DNA of 64,000 nucleotides. Origin: Amphiscolops sp. MND2022 (lineage: Eukaryota). This document shows, one piece after another, positions 49,401-62,641 of the stretch. The stretch spans positions 78,308,001 to 78,372,000 of the forward strand of contig OZ076409.1 of NCBI GenBank assembly GCA_964187785.1, in the 5' to 3' direction. The notes beneath the pieces are model-generated. The model had not been told where the DNA came from. It was given only the letters and a program-made list of their open reading frames with translations, and ran no database searches. Numbering within the stretch: position 1 is the stretch's first letter; each line of letters starts with the position of its first letter. The position numbers and the translations under genes were made by a program.

Positions 49401-50415
49401 GATATCAAGCTTCCATCTAGTGAATGGTATTTTGATTACTCCGCTGTTTTTATTTTATTTGGATTTGGGATTGTTCTGCTTAAAAATATACAGCTTTGTG
49501 GAATATACTCCAATGAAATGCTTCAACAAGTTTGTGCTGTCAGCAGTGAAAGCTAGACGACAGGGTGATGAAAACCCAAACTCAACTGTTGTTGCAGAGA
49601 CCATGAAGCTGCTGTCCAATAACTCCTATGGACATCAGATTATGGATAGGAGTCGCCACAGAGTGACAAAGTATCTGAACAATAAAAAGACCCATGCAGC
49701 AAAAAGCAAAAAAATGTTCGAACTACTGGATTGCATAAACGACAGTTTATACGAGGTTGAATTTGCTGAAGCTGAGGTAGAGCATGAAGAGCCCATCATT
49801 GTAGTGATTTTCATTTTGCAGTATGCGAAGCTGGGGATGCTTGAACTTTACTACAATTTCTTTAAAGAGTTCTGCAATGACATGTATGAAGAAATGGAAA
49901 TGGACACGGACTGGCTATATCTAGCGTTAGCTGAAAACAGCTTATTTGATTGTATTCAAGAAGACACGAAGTAAGTGTGGGAGTTTTCCCGCAGTGAGGA
50001 CTGCAAGGACAATTTTGTTGCGGCTTCCAGTGGTAACTTTTCCCACGCACGTGCTGTGAAAAAGACAAGAAGCACGACACGAGAGAGCCGGATCTTTTCA
50101 AAGAGGAGTTCCGCTGCACTGAAATGTTGTGTCTCTGTAGCAAAACGTATTCTTGCTATGATGCAAAGTCAGACAAGTACAAATTCAGTAGCAAAGGACT
50201 GAATAAGCGTACCATTGAAGACTGTGGCGATAGACCAATAGTCAAATATCGAAGAGTCCTAGCTGATCAAGATAATGTAACGAGCTAGAGCTCTAACAGA
50301 GACTTCCGAACTGAAGTCTTGCAACATTTGCACAGACAAAGAAGGGACTCTTTTACTTTTACCGAGAGAATAGTTGAAGAGGATGGACTCCTCGCGGTTC
50401 CCTTAAACCTTTGAA
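46421..50415 (+). pseudogene. Protein-primed family B DNA polymerase with N-terminal Zn fingers and an internal Vsr-like nuclease insert
   Basis: MPALDRNRKVVCDNCG; IFDVES (ExoI); PVFGFN (ExoII); IDASELY (motif A, ~48705); KLLSNNSYG (motif B); MDTDW (motif C); FKEEF, KTY, KGL; many disablements. Confidence 0.9.
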
Positions 50416-51599
50416 AGACAATTTTTTATATTGTTGTTTTTTAAGTAGGTACACATTAAACTTTAATTTTTTTCGATGTAAACTCGATTTTCCCCTCAAC
50501 ACAGAGTACCCAAGTAATTAGCTCAACCTTTATGACCGATAAATAATTCCGGGGGCGGAAAAAAAATTCCGCAGGCGGATAGAATTTTTCGCAGGCGGAA
50601 AAAATTTGCGGGTGCGGGTAAAATATTCCCACGACAGCTGGAATTTTGCATTTTGGGCTGAAATTTTGCCCGAAGTCTTACAGTGCCGAAAATGTCTCAC
50701 AGTGCCGATAATGTCGCACAGTGCCGGAAATACCGCACAGTGCCGAAAAACCCTATCACCAATCTTGATACATTGCGGAAGCTATTTTCTATTTTATACA
50801 TTGAGCACATCTTTATCTTCAAACATTAGCAAACAATCGTCTCCAAACCTTTATACATTGAGTCAAGTCGTCAGCCAATCAGAATCGAAAACGACACGAG
50901 ACAACAAACAATCAGAGAAAAACCCAAGCAAATTCAGGGGTGGAAGACCTTTCTCGGCTCTGGGCTCGAGTCGTCTCGCTATAGCCTATCTTAAAACATG
51001 TGGGTCTTCCACCCCCTGATCTGCTCGTCATCTTACTATTCACACCAAAGAAATGAACTACAGCGCGTTTGAAAGGTTTGGTACTGGGTTTTTTCGGTCA
51101 GGTGAACCCCTGTCGCCGCCAGCCCCATTCACATTCATCACAGTTTTGGTTTCTTTTTAAGGAATCGCCGCTTCGCGCCCATTTTCCGGGTTTCAATCTC
51201 CATTAGATTTATGCATAAAATCTTTTTAGAAAGGCTGCATAGATGGGTTTCGGTTGCACTTTAGAGTTGTTCGTCGGATCAAAAATTGTCCAGAATTCCG
51301 AAAAATACCGCGATGTGTCTATACAGCTTTCAACCAAAAAACTCAAACATTCTTCTCAACAACTATTAACGTGAATAACAAATTGGGTTATCCGCCCTGT
51401 TCCTACGAACAATGACTATTCCATAATTGATTGAAATGTATATGTATTCAAAACGGTGAGCCCATCTTTCGGAGTTTTTTCGATAGAGTCTACTGATGTT
51501 TTCAAGTTCAAAAATATTTGGCAAGAATTGTTGAGGTTGTTTCATTCTAGTTTGCGCGTACAGGTTTCCCTTCCACACAAAAACACAAAAACAGGTCAA

Positions 51600-52385
51600 T
51601 CATACTCTGCCATCATACTCAGAATATGATTCCAGGCTGATCATACTTTGGACCATAAAAGTTTATGGTTCCAGGCTGACCATACTCTGGATATAAGTGG
51701 TGCAGTCAATGATGCGCCATGTTCCATAAAAAAGCAAAGTTTATGGTTCCAGCTTGACCATATTCTGGGCCATATATGGTTCAGTCTATGATCAGCCTGG
51801 AACCATGAAACTGTATGGCCCAGAGTATGGTCAGCCTGAAGTCATAGAAAGAAAATTAGCATAATGTAGTCAATTAACGAATCCACTGATGAAATTACAA
51901 GATATTCCTCAACCAAAGGTCCAACACAATCACCAAATCGAAAACAAGGTAGCCATCATCAATTTTTGGCAGCTTTTGTTGAATTATTGGTTTCTCGAAA
52001 TAATCGAAAATCACACTGCAAAGTGGGTACTGCCTGCTGCAACCAAAGAATTCGTTATCAACTAAGGATAGGCTGAAAACAAATTGAGTGACTATAGTTT
52101 GTCTTTGATGCAGTTTGTTCTGACCTGATGGTTTGCAGATACAAAAAGTCGAATGTGGCTCTATTGCCCTCAGCCCATAAAGCTGGCTGTTCTCAATAAT
52201 TGAAAATTTTTGTTTGGGCTGTATGTCACGTCAACCTGCTTTTGGAACAAAAATTTATGATTCCAGGCTGATCATAATCTGGACCATATATGATTCCAGG
52301 CCGATCATGGCAAGATCATAGTAAGGAAAATTTTATGATTTGTACGGTTCCATAATATGGTCAGATTATGATCGGCCTGGTCGGG
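51600..52385. repeat. Arrays of ~30-bp TATG(A/G)TTCCAGGCTGA(T/C)CATA units in both orientations; probable subterminal repeats of a DNA element
   Basis: Units at ~51626, 51664, 51742, 51786-51840 (inverted), 52256, 52289, 52365 (inverted). Confidence 0.6.
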
Positions 52386-52599
52386 AAACCCGGGCAGTTA
52401 GTTACTTCATCAGCAACTGTTTTCAATCAATGCGAGACTTCTACAGGGGCATTCATATTGGGCTGCAAACTCTTTGCAACAGTTTCCGTTTTATTCCCGG
52501 CTTCAAGCTTTCCTTTGAGAATCACTTTCAACTTACTAGTTCTAAACGTCTGTTGGGTTCAGTGATTGTTTAATTTCCATTCAAAATTCTTCATTTTTT

Positions 52600-54660
52600 C
52601 AAATTGACTGACAATTTTTCCGCTTATAACCGTGCACGGTAGTTGAACTGTTTAAGAGTAGACTGTATTGTTATTGTAATTCGACATACCCATTGTTCCC
52701 AAATGACCCTTTGTTGACATTTTCTTTTTATCAGGTAGTTGATCCTTCATTACAACAGCTCCGGGTTTTACCTCGACGATTTGTGGTGTGCAGCATTTCT
52801 AATCAATTGTGTAATCGTAGAACTATTTGGGTCTCTCTTGTTGTCGACTGCGACGTTTCTCTCTTGAGTTCTTCGGTTATGAAAGTCCCTTCATTCTGGC
52901 CTAGTCGGAACGTAATTGTGTTCTCAGATACTCCGGTTATGATCCCCTGTCTTTTACTGAACCGGCCAGCCAGTTTCCTTTGTCGCATTTGTCACGACAT
53001 TGTCGTGCGGAAAGGCGTCTAAATTCTCAAGCAGGAATGTTGTGCCGAAATGTAAATCAACATAGATCTTCCAGCAGTTTCCTCAGGTTTTCATAGTTTT
53101 TGACAGTTTTTCGGTTGTTAGTATTTCCGCTATGGTACTTCTCAGGTCTCCTCAATTTGGCTTTGATTTTGATGATCTCATTTACTGCTCAGCCCCTCAG
53201 ACTATGTTTTAAGCACTTTAATCCTTTTGTGGGACATCGTTTTTCTACCTTTTAGAGAAAACTATTCCGCGCTCACCACACTCAGTCTTTATTTGGATTC
53301 CCAATCCTTGAACCCAGGCGCGTCTCACAAGTGTTCGCGCACCACTCTCAGTGCTCTGGCTCTATCGGTTTTGCGTCAGCTTCCACCTGTCCGTACACAG
53401 CTGGCTTCCAGAAACTATTTGGTTGTTGAAATCTTCGTGCTTAACATTTTTCTTTGTTGATATGCCCCCCTTTGTAAATATGGCCGCCTGTTCCATCAAT
53501 CAACCCAGGGAAGGTCTTTCGTTTGAACGTCCTTTGCAGCACAAAGTGTTTATTCTCAAGTCACTACATGTTCCCACAGTTTGACTTCGAGTACTATGCC
53601 AGATTCTTCTACCAAGCCAATTACTTTTTCACTGAATTCATTTTTTTCTGAGCGGTTCTTCATGATTTTGGGCTTTGTTGAGCCTATCTTTTCTAGATGC
53701 CCGGTCTTTCCGCACATTCAGCAATCACTGCCCTCTGCTTTACACACTTTCAAACAATCGGTTGCTAAGGGATTTCTATTCTACAAAGTTGTAACATTTC
53801 GCGGTCTTGTCAACAGTCATTGCTGGTTTGTACGCTTTGTACTGATGCTTCTCTTACTGGTCCATTTATTCAAATATTGTTGCGTGTTTAAACGACTCCT
53901 AGTTATTTTTCGGCTCAGCTGTTGGGTTTCACGTAATGGACACAAGTTTCGTATACCTGACCTTGTGTCTGGGTCGTAAAGTTAGAAAATGCGGCCAAGC
54001 TGAGTGAAGCATGGCTGAACTGTTCCAACTTTTTTCCTGCTTTCCATTGAGGTATTTGTTGAGTTTTTTTCTGGAATGCATCGCTACACCATTAATTTTT
54101 TTCAAATTCTTATCTAAATTGGAATTAATTACCACAAGCGTTCTCCTCACCGCCTGTTCCATTGGTTCATCCAGCCAATCCATCAACCCCTGACTAGCGT
54201 GGACACCTCGTTTCGTCTACGGAGATTGATGACTGTCATCAAATCAGCTTCAAATAATTCCAGCTATCTGTGCCAAACCTGGGAGTTGCCCTCCGCAGGT
54301 TCGTGTCTGAAAATCGATATTCCAAACAGGAGCAACTTGAGCTTGCAGCGCCATGTACTTCATACTGTAGCAAAATTTCAGAGTAGACGGCATGGCAATT
54401 ATTTTGACACTATCGTCGTTTCTAGTTGACGTAGCCTTTCTCTAATCTTTTCGGAGATGTCCCTTTTCTTTGAAATTCAAGATAACTGCTGAAAAAATCT
54501 CAACTGAATCGAGATACGTTTTCCTTTCACAGCGTTGCTGCTGGAAAATTCATAAAGAATTTGGGTTTCAGCATACTTCAAAAAATCACACAGCAGACTG
54601 GTTCGTTAAGACCATCATCTTGCTAATATCTCGGTTATACGGTTCATCCGTCACCATTCT
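52600..54660 (-). mobile_element. Heavily decayed, internally deleted LTR retrotransposon (Gypsy-like)
   Basis: Gag-like LELFEAD and WLDEPMEQ; Zn-knuckle remnant C*MCGKTGHLE near 53700; IN-tail-like RKLAGRFSKRQG; candidate PBS TGGTGACGGATG at 54645-54656. Confidence 0.5.
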
Positions 54661-55674
54661 AGAGGACTATTCGAGTTGTTGGTAAAGAACTTGGATTAGA
54701 TATATTCATTTTGATGTACGTTTGTATTGGATAAACTACGAAATTAGAAACCTTGCATTTTATGCTTTCCTCTTTCTTAGCTTCATAGTTTTAGTATACA
54801 ACAATCTCTTCTCTTCCTGGAAACTATCCAGATCTGCATCAGATAAAGATTATCATCTGTTGCATGACCAACGTACTAGCTGGATGATCAACTGAAAAAC
54901 TAATAATTCATTTTTGACATGTTAGTATGTAATCATTACCAGCAGCGAGTGTACACGAAATGAGATTGATTTTACCTCATTTGGCCGCCGACCACTTTCA
55001 GCCGATTGATACGTTTCTAGACTATTGATTACTTGTTTTTAAAATGGTCTAGCTTGAAGTAGATTTCGAAATCATTTAGGCTGTAAGAATGCAGAATTGG
55101 CCAATTGCAGTTCTCAAATTCTACTAAATGAACGAAAAATAGAACTTAAGAACCCATGTCTTCAAAATTGCAATATTTGTGAACAAGGCAGTGAAAATCT
55201 TCCGCCAATCATTTAGTGATTTCATTTATCCAAGGTTTCCGAAAATAAATCGACAAAAATCGAATCAATATCGAAATTTATACCGGGTTGTGGATAAAAG
55301 AATTTACGAGAATAGAAAATTGCGAGTTTCTCTTAGAAGAACCTCTTCCAACGGCTACGTTGATGGACAAATCTGTTCAGCGCATCAGTTAACCTAACCA
55401 GGGAGAAGAGATTCAATTCATTTAAAAGCCTTTATTCGCGAAACACTCATTTGCGAAGATACTGCAGTTTTCTACAAGACTGCTAACTTTTTCCAGGATC
55501 TTCCAAGTGATCCCTCAAGGCATAGAGTGTGACAAGTAATATAAAGCTCAAAACCTGTCTGCACTTTGTTCTATCTATTCAAAAACAAAATGTGAAAGTA
55601 AATAAATTCGGAAACATATATTCTATATTTAACTGAAAAGGACAAAAGAATTAATGAGAAAAATTTCGCAAATA

Positions 55675-56882
55675 TCAAGTAGGACATTCAGAGGCTTCTG
55701 AAGTTGTGGAACTGATGAAGGAAGCATTACTTTCAGTTAAGCAGCACTTCCAGGGTCCAGCAGGAATGTACCTAAGAGGAGGCTTGACACAATGTAAATG
55801 GTACAGTTTCTGACAAGCACAGCATTTTAGGATGTTTTGTCTCAGACCACAAACACAGCAGAGATCGTTATTTGAGAACGCTTTTTGGTGCAAGTCAACT
55901 CTGCGAGTAGCTTTTCTACGCAATTTGAAGTTCTCGTGTTGTTCTTTGATCAAAGCTTGAACTTCTTCGTAGATTCTGTTCCAATGCGAGTCATCCATTG
56001 GCCCTTTCTTGAAAAAAAACTAGATTTTTATTGTATAAAATATTTGTATAAATCAAAAATGTTTACATCAGAAAGTGGAAGTTACTTAGTAAGCCGTAAT
56101 TTCCTGGGGTCCCAAGATAATGTCCGTGCCCAAAAACGTGGAACCCCTTCTAATAATGACACCTAGGCAAGAATTCACGCTGAACGATCACTAAATTTAA
56201 CATCCCTATTTACGCTAATTTTGCTCCATTTTCACGCTAACTTCACGCACCTTTTTTTCAAAGTTAAAAAATTCTTTCGATTGGGTTTGACATACGAGGA
56301 CAGCAATTGCTTCAAAATTCAAATCTTGACGCTCAGTTGTGAGGATTGCCCGCTGGCTGCGAAAAACAGCTTTATCGGTGCTGATTGTGAAACAAAAAAA
56401 TGTTCTGCCAAAATTGATAAATTTGGTATTTTTCACTCAATTTTACGCCATATTACGAAGTTTGGAGCGAAAACTGGGTTATTCCACACTCTTTCTTCGG
56501 TGACACGCTGAAATATGACTGAACAATATTTCACGCGATTAGACGATTTCACGCCGCGTGAAATTCTGCGGAGCTTCATGACACCTTTTTGTAGAACACT
56601 TCTGACCCAATGTCAAAAACTCGGCAAAATCAATAAATTTGCAGTATCAGCATCCCAAAACAAGAAAAATGAACATCAACTAACTTGAAATATGGCAGAT
56701 GTAACGTCGTCCTGTTCGTTGTTTGCAGACTTAGTTTCGGCTTTGATGACTAGATCACTGGAATGACTATTGCAAGCGCCATTGAGATCTAACTGCGGAA
56801 ATTTACTGCTACACGGTGGCAAATCACTGATAGTACTGCTGTCAGAAGCTGTAGTGCTGTGAATCCCATTGCACTTTTTCTT
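55675..56882 (-). CDS. Last two exons (56882-56685, 56007-55675) of a minus-strand gene ending in a PHD finger; further exons probably near 56940-57050 and 60457-60592
   Basis: CCVCG...LKCCACQKLYHLHCVKPPLRYIPAGPWKC; GT-AG phase-0 junction joins ...SAIFQ to KGPMDD. Confidence 0.65.
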
Positions 56883-57274
56883 CTGAAGAAACAGAATTGT
56901 CATACTCGCAACACTCTGTCATAAACGTTTAAACACATATTCATTGTCATAAATTTTGTCAGTTAAATTGTAGCAAAGGCATTTCGGAACATTGGTGTTA
57001 AAGTAATAGCTGCATTTTTCAAATTTCTCCAGACCGGCGGAATGCCCTGTGATTCTATGGACCAATTAAAATTTTACACAAAAAAGGAAAAATCACTAAA
57101 CATAGGTTCAAATAGAGTTCAGTTTCAAAGAAAAAGAAAACTATCTTTTATACCTGCTTCTATCTCATCCAGTATATTGGAGCCTTAATTAGTTTTTTTA
57201 ATGTTGATGTATGAAACCTGAATTATAACTTCACAATTATTTATTTGTACAATGTTTAGACTCCTTTACCACCA

Positions 57275-57601
57275 CAGGTGACTTCTACCTTTAAGTGTAG
57301 AATTGGAATTAAGCCATAAATTCATAGGGCACCAAAAGCATCAAAACTATAGTTTTGATGCTTTTGGTGCTCTATGATTTTATGGCTTAATTCCAATTCT
57401 GCACTTAAAGGTAGAACTCGCCTGCACTTAAAGGTAGAATTTTTTTCTTTGGAGATTCTAACACTGTGCGGTTTGTTTGAAAAAATTCCCAAACTTGGGG
57501 TTTTGATGCCTTTACTCATAAGTAAAGGTATCAAAACCCCAAGTTTGTGGGAATTTTTTCAAACAAACCGCACAGTGTTAGAAACTCCAAAGAAAAAATT
57601 C
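57275..57601. repeat. Two adjacent long palindromes (57275-57424 and ~57437-57601)
   Basis: Centres AAAACTA|TAGTTTT and TTTACT-CATA-AGTAAA with near-perfect arms of ~75-80 bp. Confidence 0.9.
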
Positions 57602-58259
57602 TTTCCACTAGGAAAACGCATTTTCCCGAAACATTTGAAGGAGAGACCTATCGGTGAAATTAAAAACTTCGGTCCCACAGTGCCGAGAATTCAAAGGTCC
57701 AAAGAACCCTTTGTTATTGTCTAGTTTTGCAATTTCAAAATTTGTAGATCAGCGCGGGATCTGAACGCAACAACTGCTATGTCCCAGCTTCGCATGTTAA
57801 TCACAGTGCCAAGCGTCGTGAATCTATGGACGAAAAGTGGACGATTCGCGTTGAGCGGAACAAAAAAATAAAGAAAACTAGCCATTGTCTTTATTCTTCT
57901 TAGGGTACCAGGGAAGGACACTTGGAAAAGTTGATGATTATACAATGAAAACAATGACTGAATCATCAAATGCTGCAGGGAAACACAATAGGCAAAAAGA
58001 AACAATACTTAGAATAATTGTTGTTTAGTTTGGTCACCCATCATTTCGGCCTATGCAATTTCAACCGCTGCCATTTCAGCCTATTGCACTTTCAACTGCT
58101 TGCAATTTGCACCGAAGATCTTCTTATTTAGTTAATTGTAACTGACAAAATTATCTCAATAGTAAAATATGATAGACAAAACTCGAAATAAGCACTCACA
58201 AAACAAATCATTGAAGCAAAAATAGTTTATTCCAAAGATTTCAGCTGCATTCGACCACT

Positions 58260-59090
58260 CGCAAATGAGGCAAGACGTTTTCAAAATTATAGCTACTTTG
58301 GATGATTTGCAAGTTTTTTAAATATATTTTTTATATCAGGGGATCTTGGAACAAACAGCTCTAGTCGTCTCTTGGATGTATATGAAGTTTTGCATCTTTG
58401 AATCTATCTCTAGGCTCCGTAGAGGCAACTATATATTTAGCTGAGGGCCATTGAAATAAACATTAAGTTGTTAATGTCATCCTTCTACGCAGTTGGTTGT
58501 CCTTGCCATTCCCTCACCAGTAGCTCCGAACTAGTTCCACGTTTCTATTGGAAAAAGTGTTTCCGTGACCGTGAGGCCCTCTATAAAGGTGTTCTTCAAA
58601 TACAGTGCAGGTTCGTCCACTTCATCACTGATGTTGTCATCAAACTTTTCTTCATCAATTACTTCTGCGATTTCTTCCATTACCATTTCAAAACACAGGA
58701 CGGTACAAAAGCCAGCTTCAAGCATTCAAGTTGGAATCCGGGCACTTCTTGTAAAAAAACGTTCAGAACGATTTAGTTTCTTTTTCAATTCAAGATTGTG
58801 TTCGTACAGGAGATTTTTCCACTGAATTCGTTTAAAACCGCGTTTTCAAATTCTGCCAAAATGCGATCTGGCTACGCGTTGGTTTCTTCGCAGAGCATTT
58901 CAAGTATTCGGGAAAACGTATTTTCTGTTTTGTTTGGCGCCAGCAAATAAAAAGGGACGAAACGCGGATTGTATATAATTGGTAAAAGTGGTCAAGCGTA
59001 GACTTGGGAGTTTCATCAATCGGCCACGTTGCCAAAAAAATCTGCAAATTTTTCATTGTTGTAACTTTCAATGAATGCAACTCAAAGTAA
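58260..59090 (-). pseudogene. Mutator-like (MULE) DDE transposase remnant
   Basis: WPIDETPKS...FYQLYTI (degenerate DGTFK...QLYTIH) and LFPIETWN...ARTTNCVEGWH. Confidence 0.75.
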
Positions 59091-59094
59091 CTTG

Positions 59095-59735
59095 TTTTTA
59101 GTAGGCGCATTTTAGAAAATGAGCGCGACGATTACAGTGGCTAGCTTTTCGTCAGATGTCAGAAAATAGGCGTAGTGGACGCTTTCTACAGAAACTCCGA
59201 AACTACTGGAACGGCCAGCGGAAACGCATCTAAAGAAAAGTAAAAGGTCCCGCTTTCATTTAATCCGTCTTTAACGTAACATACAACACCGCATGAGACT
59301 AAAGGGTCCCCATTTTGATTTTTTGGCACTAAGAGACTCTTCAAAATTCTCAATTTTCGGGGTGATATCAAGGTTTCTCAATATAAATCCAACAATTTTT
59401 TTCAACACTATCCGAATTTTTGACGTTATGGCCGAAGTAAAATGCGTTTCACTGAAAAGAAGGCGAAGATTCAAAACGTTTGCGCTATCTCCGCATTTTT
59501 GATGTTATATCTGAACTATATTGCGTTTTACTAAGCAGGAGGCGGAGGTTCGAAAACAAGCAATCCCATTTGTCTCAGCACGCTTTCTCCATACTTTTGA
59601 AGCTTGTTTCGAGCGCGAAAGGCACCTTTTGTGTATTTCGACACTTCTATGTGTTTTCCATGAAACGTCCTGAGCATAACTTTGCGCTTTTTGAGCCTTA
59701 GGTGTAGTGTCGACTTGAGACGTTCCCGACTTGTT
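59095..59735 (+). mobile_element. Diverged HINE-like element
   Basis: TTTTTAGTAGGCGC...TTACAGTGGCTAG (shared with the 25297 copy); 3' GAGCCTTAG...CGACTTGAGACGTTCCCGACTTGTT. Confidence 0.6.
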
Positions 59736-61149
59736 GATATAACTGACTATTAATGCGACGTTGCCCACGCTGTTTGATTTCATTTGAAGTAGCAGGTTTT
59801 GACTTTCGATGTTCATTGGATTTGGCGCGTGGAGTGGTTGCGATTCAGTCGACTTCGCTATTCATACTACAAACCATTCCAAATAATTTACACTTTTCAT
59901 AGTATAAAAGATTAGTTGCTCGACTTGTTTCTTAGCATTAGTAATTACAATAAAAGTTTTTATAATTATCTGAGGATAAATTGGTTGAAGTGTGATAGGT
60001 TGAAATAGCCGTAGGATGAAATTGCGAGCAGTAGACATTGTGAACGACTGAATTGTAAGCGGTTGAAATTGCATGAGTTGAACTTGCATAGGACGAAAAG
60101 TCCCGACACCGTTTAATTGCTAAAAGTTGTGTTTCTGCACAATTTTTGTATCTTTATAGAACCTAGTAGTTATGCACAATAATCGAGTATCGTACAACTG
60201 CTAATGTTGACCGTTGTCATTGCTTTTCCCAAGGACATTACCGTTTCCGAGATGCAATTTCAACACATACGCAAAACGCTCCCGAAGATTTTTCAAAACC
60301 GAATTAAAATACTAAACGCGCCTAAAGTGGGCGTCCACCATCATGCGCACACTTGAAGAAAGCAAGAGATATGGATGAAAAGGAGATCGAATTTTCGGTT
60401 CAACCGAAATGCTGATGGAAGCTTCGATAGTTTGATTATTTGTTCGAAGGTACTAACTTCAGGCGTTGCGTTGTAGGATGCCAAAGCTGCGGCTCGTCTC
60501 TTCTTCGAATCGCACTGACCGATACAGAAATTGATTCCATCATGCGGATGTTCGCTTTTAATGTCTTCTGGAACATTAATTTTCAATTGAGTTCTGCACA
60601 ACGAAGATTTCAATATTCAATGAAAGCAAAAACAAAAACATGTTAAAAAAACTAATGTAATTTTTGGCTCCACAATAATGATGTATTAGCATATCGCCAT
60701 GACATTGATCATGATGATAGCTAGAACTGTTAAGACTAGCAAAGCCTCAACCATTTAGTTATTACGCCACATCTCATTGATAATTTACTGTAAAAAATTA
60801 ATGACCTGATTGAACAGCAAAATTGAAAAAATATATCTACTAATATCTACAGCTCTAAAACTTCCAAATATTTGATAATTGATATTATCCTGGCATATTT
60901 AAACACAAAATACGTTTTCTACGCACAGGTAGAAAATTAAAATATTTGTACAAAATTGCCAAAGAAGGGGCATCAAGTAAGCTATTAGAAAACTTTTTGT
61001 GAAGATCCCCAAAAGAAAATAATGTGGTGCAAAGTTAGAGGCATTTCCAAGAGACTGGATAAGACTGTTTTTTGATATTTTTAAATATATTTTTAAAATT
61101 TTTATTTCTGATCAGATATCGTATCAGCAGAATCATCCTTGCAAGTCCT

Positions 61150-62630
61150 TATGTGGATATGTGGAGGACTATGCCGTGTGAGAGACTCTGCAATATTTAT
61201 TATAGATGATATTTATGAGTTCATCATTTCCAAAAATGTATACATCTGCAATTTCGTGGTAGAACTTTTTATATTGCTTTTCATCCATTTCACATATGTT
61301 TTTATCAGCAGGCAATACTCCCAATTGCGCAGTGCATTCGTTAAAATTATGGCACGATAACAGAAAAAATCATTTTTTTCAGCAAAGTTCCATGTATTGA
61401 GATTTTGGTTCCTCGTTTGTCTATTTTCTATCCCAATATTAGGAATTTTGAAACCATTTCTGATCTGATCGAGTGAAAATTTGAATATATCATAGAGGTG
61501 ATGTTCGAATACTGTTTCAATCCTGAATTCCTTGAAATTTTCCATGACACTGGCGCAGGGAGAAAGCCGTAGAACTATCCCGATTAATTTTTTCTGAAGC
61601 AATAAATTTTTTGTGGACTAGAATTGTGGCATAACCCTAAGAAAAGTACACCATATTAAACAACCGGTGATACATGTGATCTAATGTACTGTATTAGTCG
61701 TCTTTTATTCAGAGTTTCCCTAAATTTATAGAGTATGTCACTATGTCGCGCAAGTTTTTGAATGACATTGGTAATGTGTACTTCAAAATTTAGTTTTTTT
61801 TATCAAAAAACAATCCCAAACATATATAACTCTCAATGGAGGATATTTCATTGTCCCCAATTTTTATATTCGAATACTTTACAGATCTTTTCTGAAAAAC
61901 GACAAATTTTGTTTTTTTTGAAATTACAGACAACTCCGTTTAACGACATCCAATTTTGCAATAAATTTTTAATCATCAGAGTTAGCGTTTAATTCATCAA
62001 TCATAGATGTATCATCAGCATAGAGTGTAAGGTCGCCCTGCCAATTTGGGTCGGTACCAAGATCATTTATATGAACAAGAAATTACAGGCCCCAATATTG
62101 ATCCCTGAGGTACTCCAAGTTTTATAGGTTTAATCGTTGAGCTTTTATCTTCAATTTTCACGAACTCATACCTATCTGTCAAATAATGTTCCAAGAGTTT
62201 ATGGGATATGCCTCTGATACCGATATGGTATAACTTTTGTAATAAAACTTTGTTTTCAACTGAATCAAACGCTCTTTTAAAATCAACAAAAATACAGTGA
62301 GTTTTCACTTTGGTTTTCCAATTACTTGTAAGCAATCTTTCTTTTTTCCAAAACCGTATTGATTTTCTGAAAGTATTGAAAATTTTTCTAGATAATTCAT
62401 GAGTCTTTTATGAATTACTTTCTCAATATCTTTGATAGATTTCCCAAGATCGAAATCGGTATTTAGTTGGATGTTTCATTTTTTTCTCCGTCTTTAAAAA
62501 TCGGAACACTTTAGCAATTTTCATACTTTCAGGGAAAACGCCTTCGAATATACATTTATTAAAGGCTGTTTTTAAAAAGGGAGTGATGATTTGAGCCGCT
62601 GCTTTCAATATTCTCACGTTCATGCCATCT
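61150..62630 (-). pseudogene. LINE (CR1/L2-like) reverse transcriptase remnant, cut at its 5' side by a HINE insertion
   Basis: FNKCIFEGVFPESMKIAKV, FVDFKRAFDSV, GVPQGSILGP, LYADDT. Confidence 0.85.
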
Positions 62631-62641
62631 AATCCAACCGA

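Larger units (their letters stand above)
39640..50415. mobile_element. Decayed Polinton/Maverick (adintovirus-like) endogenous DNA virus, left-truncated
   Basis: pPolB pseudogene on +; packaging ATPase and other Polinton-like ORF remnants on -; intronless, gene-dense block. Confidence 0.85.

Noticed and set aside
50545..50750. Polinton terminal inverted repeat (GCAGGCGGA and CAGTGCCGA short repeats just after pPolB)
   Set aside because: No matching inverted copy or AG...CT terminus found in the window; similar CAGTGCCGA motifs occur in other dispersed repeats
51600..52385. CRISPR-like spaced ~30-bp repeats
   Set aside because: Degenerate units in both orientations, irregular spacing, eukaryotic context and no cas genes
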